Program-made: the position numbers and the translations under genes
In this document: piece by piece, positions 7,485 through 12,094 of the stretch
How positions within the stretch are numbered: the first letter of the stretch is position 1
Layout: each line of letters opens with the position of its first letter
Assembly (NCBI GenBank): GCA_031425655.1
Contig: JANPJS010000099.1
Coordinates: 1-12,094 of the forward strand
Source of the DNA: Abditibacteriaceae bacterium
Lineage (GTDB): Bacteria > Armatimonadota > Abditibacteriia > Abditibacteriales > Abditibacteriaceae
Length of the DNA stretch: 12,094 nucleotides
Direction: 5' to 3'
Notes under the pieces: generated by a model
Database searches by the model: none
What the model was told of the DNA's origin: nothing
The model's input: the letters and a program-made list of their open reading frames with translations, nothing else

Positions 7485-8483
7485 TCAGCGCCCTCCTTTG
7501 GCTGGCCCAGACTGATTTTGGCGCGGCAACATCGGCAGATAATCGGGCGAAAGATAAAGCGAACGCACGCGCGGCGCCAGTTTTTGCGCCATTTCAAATT
7601 GCACCACTTCGGGGTTGTCGCGCAGTGTGGCGCCGCGCTTGGAAATCGCCGAGGCTTCGCCCGCAGCCTGCGCTACGGTGGTTTGCTTTTCGATGCGCGC
7701 TTTTTGTAGATTTTGCGCTTCGGTATTGATTTGCTGCTGCGCCACCTGCTTATCGGTGATGGCCTGCGCGAATTCGGGATTGGCGAATTCCACGTTGCGC
7801 AGCAGCACGTTTTCCAGTTCCAGTCCCTTCGAGGCGAAAGCGTCCTTGATTTGCGTGGTGATTTCGCGCTCGATTTGCTGGCGGCGCGTGCCGTAAACAT
7901 CAATCACCGAATAGCGCGCCACCACCATGCGGATGGCGTTTCGTGTCGAGGGCCGCACCAAAATGCCCTGATATTCCGCCGCGCCGCCCACGTTGCGCCA
8001 AAGCGTGTCCACGGCTTTGGGACTGATGTGATACAGCACAGTTACGTCTAAATCGAGGCCCAGGCCTTCGTTGGTCTGGCAGCGAATCGAATCGTCGCCG
8101 AGTCTCGCGCCTTCGCTGTGGGTGCCGCTCATGGTGTATTCCTGCGTTTGCACGCGGAAGGTTTGCGTTTTCCACCACGGCGGCACGATATGAAAGCCTT
8201 CGGGCAAATGCGTTGGCTGCACACCGCCGCGCAGCGGGTCGAAAACCGCTGCGACGTGCGCCGCGGGGATGCTCAGAAAGCAATTATTGAAGAAACTCAG
8301 CGTGAAAAGGGCCGCGCCGATGCCCACCACCAACACGCCCGGACGGCGCAGTTTAAAAGTCGCCGGCGACTGCAATTGCACGCGATTGTCGGAGTAGGAA
8401 GCGATGGCCGATTGTTTGGACACCGTTCCGCTCAAGCGCAGAAATATCAATGCCACCATCGCGGCGGCCAGCAATCCTAACAT
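7485..8483 (-). CDS. SPFH/band 7/prohibitin family membrane protein (paralog 1)
   Basis: N-terminal hydrophobic segments, IPAAHVAAVFD..LPEGFHIVPPW, TNEGLGLDLDVTVLY, LVRPSTRNAIR, GLELENVLLRNVEF, FAQAITDKQVAQQ and AAGEA..I...G..LRDNP. AAGGA lies upstream of the ATG. Confidence 0.92.
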   Translation of the reverse strand: MLGLLAAAMVALIFLRLSGTVSKQSAIASYSDNRVQLQSPATFKLRRPGVLVVGIGAALFTLSFFNNCFLSIPAAHVAAVFDPLRGGVQPTHLPEGFHIVPPWWKTQTFRVQTQEYTMSGTHSEGARLGDDSIRCQTNEGLGLDLDVTVLYHISPKAVDTLWRNVGGAAEYQGILVRPSTRNAIRMVVARYSVIDVYGTRRQQIEREITTQIKDAFASKGLELENVLLRNVEFANPEFAQAITDKQVAQQQINTEAQNLQKARIEKQTTVAQAAGEASAISKRGATLRDNPEVVQFEMAQKLAPRVRSLYLSPDYLPMLPRQNQSGPAKGGR

Positions 8484-8560
8484 AAGTGTCCTTCGCGTTC
8501 ACAAAGAAAATAAACTGCACTTGCCGTAGAACGCAGCGACAGTAAAACAAAAAGGAAATT

Positions 8561-9907
8561 ATGACCCCACTTCTCCGCCAACCAATTTCGCGCCGCACGA
8601 TGCTGCGCGGCCTCGGCGCGGCCATCGCGCTGCCGGTGCTCGAAGCGATGCTGCCCGAAAGCGCGTTCGCGGCGCCGTCGAAATATAAGCCGCTGGCGAA
8701 ATCGCTCGCCAAGCAGCCTCGCCTGATTTGCTGCTACGTTCCCAACGGCAAAAACATTTTGGAATGGGTGCCAAAAGACAAAGGCGCGGCTTACACGCTG
8801 TCGCCGACATTGGAGGCGCTCAAGGATTTGCGGGGCGATTTTTCAATTCTCAGCGGCCTCGGACATCCGCATTCGCAGGGCGGGCACAGCGGCGCCGATA
8901 CTTGGCTGACCGGCGCCGACCTTAAAAGCGTGCCGGGCGCCGATTACAGCAACAGCATTTCGATTGACCAACTCATCGCGGAAGTTCACGGCAAGCAAAC
9001 GCGCTTCGCCTCGCTGCAACTCGGCGATGCGTCGGGCACCGGCTCAGCGGGACACTCGCACACGCTCAGTTTCGACCGCAGCGGGACGCCTCTACCGACG
9101 GAAAACTCACCGCAACGCCTTTTCGAGCGCCTTTTCGTGCCCGATAACGCCAAAGACCGCGACGCCACTTTGCGGCGCTACGCGGAAAAGAAAAGCATTC
9201 TCGACAGCGTTTTGGACGACGCGAAATCGCTGAACAAGCAACTCGGCAAATCCGACCAGCAAAAGCTCGATGAATATCTGGGCAGCGTGCGCCAAACCGA
9301 ACAGCGCGTCGGACGCCTCGTTTCGTGGGTGGACGTGCCCAAACCGCAAGTCATCGCCGCCGATTTACAACTGAATATGCAGCCGGGCAACGCGCACGAC
9401 CGCCCGATGTGGCTCGATGTGATGCTGGAAATCAGCTACCTGTCGTTCGTCACCGACACCACGCGCATTATCACCTTCGAGTGGTCGCGCGAAGCCGGAG
9501 GCTACGGCGGCGGCGGCGAAAATCACCACGAACTTTCACATCACGGCGGCGACGCGGGCAATCTCGGCAAGTTGGCGCAGATTGACCGCTTCCACATCGA
9601 ACGCCTTGCGCGTTTTATGACGTTTCTCAAAGCGACCGAGGAAGCTGGCGGCTCAATGCTCGACAACACGATGATTCTTTATGGCAGCGGCATGAACTCT
9701 GGCCCAACCGGCGAACATTCGCCGAAAAACCTGCCGCTTTTGGTGGCGGGAGGCAAAAATTTCGGCCTCAAACACGGCCAGCATCTCGCCCACGATGCGA
9801 ATAATCACCCGCCGCTGTCGAACGTGCTGGTCACTCTCGCGCAAAAAATGGGCGTCGAATCCGATAAGTTTCAAGACGCGACGGGCACGCTGACGGGGCT
9901 GGTTTAA
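8561..9907 (+). CDS. DUF1552 (HXXSHH) domain protein with a twin-arginine-like leader
   Basis: SRRTMLRGLGAAIALPVLEAM leader, YVPNG, SIDQLIA, PQRLFERLF, SILDSV, KLDEYLGSVR, HHELSHH, SMLDNTMILYGS and H...NLPLLVAGG. RBS AAAGGA upstream. Confidence 0.93.
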   Translation: MTPLLRQPISRRTMLRGLGAAIALPVLEAMLPESAFAAPSKYKPLAKSLAKQPRLICCYVPNGKNILEWVPKDKGAAYTLSPTLEALKDLRGDFSILSGLGHPHSQGGHSGADTWLTGADLKSVPGADYSNSISIDQLIAEVHGKQTRFASLQLGDASGTGSAGHSHTLSFDRSGTPLPTENSPQRLFERLFVPDNAKDRDATLRRYAEKKSILDSVLDDAKSLNKQLGKSDQQKLDEYLGSVRQTEQRVGRLVSWVDVPKPQVIAADLQLNMQPGNAHDRPMWLDVMLEISYLSFVTDTTRIITFEWSREAGGYGGGGENHHELSHHGGDAGNLGKLAQIDRFHIERLARFMTFLKATEEAGGSMLDNTMILYGSGMNSGPTGEHSPKNLPLLVAGGKNFGLKHGQHLAHDANNHPPLSNVLVTLAQKMGVESDKFQDATGTLTGLV

Positions 9908-9950
9908 GATTAGCCGCTATAAAAATCAGACCTAATCGAAATGAGCTGTA

Positions 9951-10361
9951 ATGAAAATTCAACGTGTTTGTATAATCGTTTTCGCTGGGTTGGCACCTAC
10001 TGTTTTGGCGGGGTGTAATTCATCGCAGGCGCTACCCGAAGATGCTCCGTTGATTGGCCCTCTCACACTCGCAGGGGAACAAGGTAAGCCGGATTACTCG
10101 CTCACGGTCGCGGTTTGCAACCGCGAATCAAGCGAACTGAAGGCAAAAGTCGAGGTAAGGGGAGACAAGAAGGAGCTTATCAACAGCATTTCTGCTTTTA
10201 CTGCGCCGACTGGCACGTATTGTTACTATTCGCTTGGATCAATCACGGAGAAGAGGCAGAAGCCAGTTCACGTTAGGATTGAGTGGACGAGAGGCCGTGA
10301 GCGCGGTGTAGAAAAGTTTTCTGTTGCGCCAAAACAGACCGACATTTCAAAGCTGCACTGA
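9951..10361 (+). CDS. Hypothetical lipoprotein
   Basis: Basic N-terminus, hydrophobic stretch and lipobox LAG-C (Cys22). 136 aa, no recognisable family. Confidence 0.7.
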   Translation: MKIQRVCIIVFAGLAPTVLAGCNSSQALPEDAPLIGPLTLAGEQGKPDYSLTVAVCNRESSELKAKVEVRGDKKELINSISAFTAPTGTYCYYSLGSITEKRQKPVHVRIEWTRGRERGVEKFSVAPKQTDISKLH

Positions 10362-10390
10362 GGCGCACCCCGCCAACATCGGTAGAATCG

Positions 10391-10466
10391 CTAAATCGCA
10401 ATTTTCTGATACGGCTCGCCTTCGTTGAGCGTGGGGCGTTCGGGGCGGCCTTTTATAGTTGTAAGT
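10391..10466 (-). pseudogene. Gene 3'-end remnant, copy 1 (probable DUF1501-family C-terminus)
   Basis: Minus-strand reading TYNYK[+1 nt]GRPERPTLNEGEPYQKIAI*. It has a frameshift, a TAG stop at 10393-10391 and no start. It is a direct repeat of 11213-11278. Confidence 0.55.
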
Positions 10467-10553
10467 TGACCAATGAATCCAAGGGCTAATTTAGTTTTGC
10501 AACGTCTGTGGTAGCCTTACGGTCAAAAATTAAGTCCAGGTGGGAAGTTTGTA

Positions 10554-11156
10554 ATGTCACAGAACCAAAACGTAGTTTCAAAAACTAAGATAATTCAGCA
10601 GACAGTTTTGCTGGTATTCTGGGTGCTTTTACTGGCGATTGAAATTGCCTGTTCTCAATTAGCTTGGGAAACAGTCGGCGAAATCGAGAGCGGGTTTTTA
10701 GGATTTTTAATCTGCCTCAATGTCGTGCCGTTCGTTATTTACTTTTTCCAATCGAAGGTTGCACGTAAAATCGCTGTCGGCTTGGCGTTATTATTGGCTG
10801 CTCTTATTATTCCGCGTCAGCTCCTGTTGCGCTATCGTTGGCACTTACTTCAGCAGGAGGCTTCTAACCTCATCAAATATGCGAAGGAAAATAAAAGCCG
10901 CACTGGAGCCTATCCGCGCGATTTGACAGCCTACCATTTTTTGTATCCAAACTTGAAGCCGCACATTACTTATTCGGCTTTCAAAAGTCTGAGGTGTCAT
11001 ACGACTGCAAATGGAGATATTGTCGCAGATAAGATTGCTACCATTCCTGATTTTGGTATCTCCCTTTTTATTGAGACCCCGACCACTCCACATTTGTATA
11101 CAGCATCGGGCGGGTATACAGAGATGATTGACGATTGGTGGTATTATCCAGATTAA
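10554..11156 (+). CDS. Hypothetical membrane protein (about 3 TM segments plus a soluble C-terminal domain)
   Basis: 200 aa with three hydrophobic stretches in the first ~90 aa, then Y.KENK..TGAYPRDL and a terminal WWYYPD. Visibly the most AT-rich gene in the window. Confidence 0.75.
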   Translation: MSQNQNVVSKTKIIQQTVLLVFWVLLLAIEIACSQLAWETVGEIESGFLGFLICLNVVPFVIYFFQSKVARKIAVGLALLLAALIIPRQLLLRYRWHLLQQEASNLIKYAKENKSRTGAYPRDLTAYHFLYPNLKPHITYSAFKSLRCHTTANGDIVADKIATIPDFGISLFIETPTTPHLYTASGGYTEMIDDWWYYPD

Positions 11157-11209
11157 GGGTAGGAAAGCGCACGATAGCCGTCTATTAATTTCTCCAAATT
11201 CGTTTGTCT

Positions 11210-11314
11210 CACCGCAATCTTCTGATACGGCTCGTCTTCGTTCAAAGTCGGGCGTTCGGGGCGGCCTTTGTAGTTATAAATCAGGCCCATCTTGTCGAGG
11301 CCGGGGAGCCATAA
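11210..11314 (-). pseudogene. Gene 3'-end remnant, copy 2 (probable DUF1501-family C-terminus)
   Basis: Minus-strand reading LWLPGLDKMGLIYNYKGRPERPTLNEDEPYQKIAV. This resembles my recollection of the DUF1501 terminal pattern L.LLGLD...L.Y.Y.GR..R.T...G....I. No upstream gene body is present, and a terminator lies immediately 5' of it. Confidence 0.55.
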
Positions 11315-11340
11315 AAATGCCGCAAGTTTGGACAAACGCC

Positions 11341-11374
11341 AAAAAGCCGGAAGACTTCAGGTCTTCCGGCTTTT
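11341..11374 (-). terminator. Rho-independent terminator, probably bidirectional
   Basis: aaaagccggaagac-ttcag-gtcttccggctttt: perfect 14-bp inverted repeat with A/T tails on both sides, 15 nt past the ferritin-like gene stop. Confidence 0.88.
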
Positions 11375-11389
11375 CGACTTGGATGGGTT

Positions 11390-11875
11390 TTACAGCGTTT
11401 TTTGCATCATCGTCGGCGCGGCGCCTTCCAACATCCGCGCGGTTTGCTCTTCGTCTTGCAGATTTTGCTCTAACAGCGATTTTACATCGGTGAGGCCGAG
11501 CGCTTGGGCTTGCGCGATGAGGCCGCGATACGCCGCGATTTCATAATGCTCGGCTAAAACGCAGGCGCCGGCAATGGAAACGTCCATTAGCGGCGCGTTT
11601 CCGGCTTCCTGCATGGCCGATTCGCCCGATTTGATGAGTCCCACACAGATGGGGCACTCTTTTTCCTGCGGCGTTGCGCCCAATTGGGCAAACACTTGTT
11701 CCAGGTTGGCGGCGTGCTGTTTGGTTTGCTGAATGTGCTTTTCGATTCCGGCCTGAAGCTGCGGGTCGGTGGCATTGGCCAACATTTTTTGCTGCGCCGT
11801 GACGAACTGATTCTCGGAAAAGTAAACCAACGGCAGTTGTCCCAGCAGTTTTTCTTGCAGTGTTGTGACTGGCAT
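11390..11875 (-). CDS. DUF892 / YciE-YciF family ferritin-like protein
   Basis: TLQE.L..QL..VYFSENQ, ATDPQL..GIEKHIQQTKQH..NLEQVF, C..C.GLI, EHYEIAAYRGL and LLEQNLQDEEQT. 161 aa with a GAGGA RBS. Confidence 0.92.
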   Translation of the reverse strand: MPVTTLQEKLLGQLPLVYFSENQFVTAQQKMLANATDPQLQAGIEKHIQQTKQHAANLEQVFAQLGATPQEKECPICVGLIKSGESAMQEAGNAPLMDVSIAGACVLAEHYEIAAYRGLIAQAQALGLTDVKSLLEQNLQDEEQTARMLEGAAPTMMQKTL

Positions 11876-12003
11876 GAACGGATTCCTCGGTTTGATGAAT
11901 TTGCCTTGGAAAGGCTCATTTTGTCAAAGCAAAGAATGCGCCCGAAAACACAAAGTTAGGTGCGCTGGGTTGCATACAGCGCCCGCTATCCGCCCAGCAA
12001 GAA

Positions 12004-12029
12004 GCGCCCCCGGAGAAATTCGGGGGCGC
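12004..12029 (-). terminator. GC-rich hairpin, possible terminator of a minus-strand gene entering from the right edge
   Basis: gcgcccccgga-gaaa-ttcgggggcgc, followed on the minus strand by ttcttg. A minus-strand frame (RDPRPPHPVPHPPR*) stops at 12052-12050, just upstream. Confidence 0.5.
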
Positions 12030-12094
12030 GTATTGGTTTTAATGCGTAGTTATCGCGGTGGGTGGGGTACGGGGTGGGGCGGCCGCGGGTCACG

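Noticed and set aside
10397..11278. Integron attC sites or IS terminal repeats as the explanation for the 66-bp repeats
   Set aside because: The repeats are direct and I see no attC-like palindrome. No integrase or transposase is present, and the divergence pattern is codon-like.
11153..11335. 60-aa minus-strand ORF as an intact small gene
   Set aside because: It has a TTG start with no RBS, begins just past a terminator, and its central part is the repeated gene-tail remnant. Better treated as a fragment.
11899..11927. Sigma70 promoter for the ferritin-like gene (minus-strand TTGACA at 11927-11922)
   Set aside because: The hexamer 17 nt downstream is GCAAAT, a poor -10, so it is not supportable from sequence alone.
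12050..12094. 3' end of a minus-strand gene at the right edge
   Set aside because: Only 14 Pro-rich codons are visible, too short to call.

Overview
GC-rich bacterial window with about 13 protein-coding genes and no RNA genes, CRISPR array or transposase that I can support. On the minus strand are a transglutaminase-like gene and gltX. Diverging from gltX is a translationally coupled run of AF2212/DUF104-type antitoxin, VapC/PIN toxin and a DUF1592-type heme c protein. The usual DUF1552 partner of that protein lies about 2.9 kb downstream. The gap holds a JAB/MPN(JAMM)-motif protein, a small charged ORF and two tandem SPFH/prohibitin paralogs on the opposite strand. After DUF1552 come two AT-richer orphan envelope genes (a lipoprotein and a membrane protein), then a terminator and a DUF892/YciE-F ferritin-like gene. 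The most notable non-obvious signal is a ~66-bp imperfect direct repeat following each orphan gene. Its differences are almost all synonymous on the minus strand, and it resembles the 3' end of a DUF1501-type gene, suggesting a recombination-built cassette array. Also seen are an in-frame GC palindrome in the transglutaminase gene, an apparent ~21-aa insertion beside the anticodon-reading Arg of GluRS, and a 20-bp duplication over an SPFH stop codon. All family calls come from motif recognition by eye, not from database searches.
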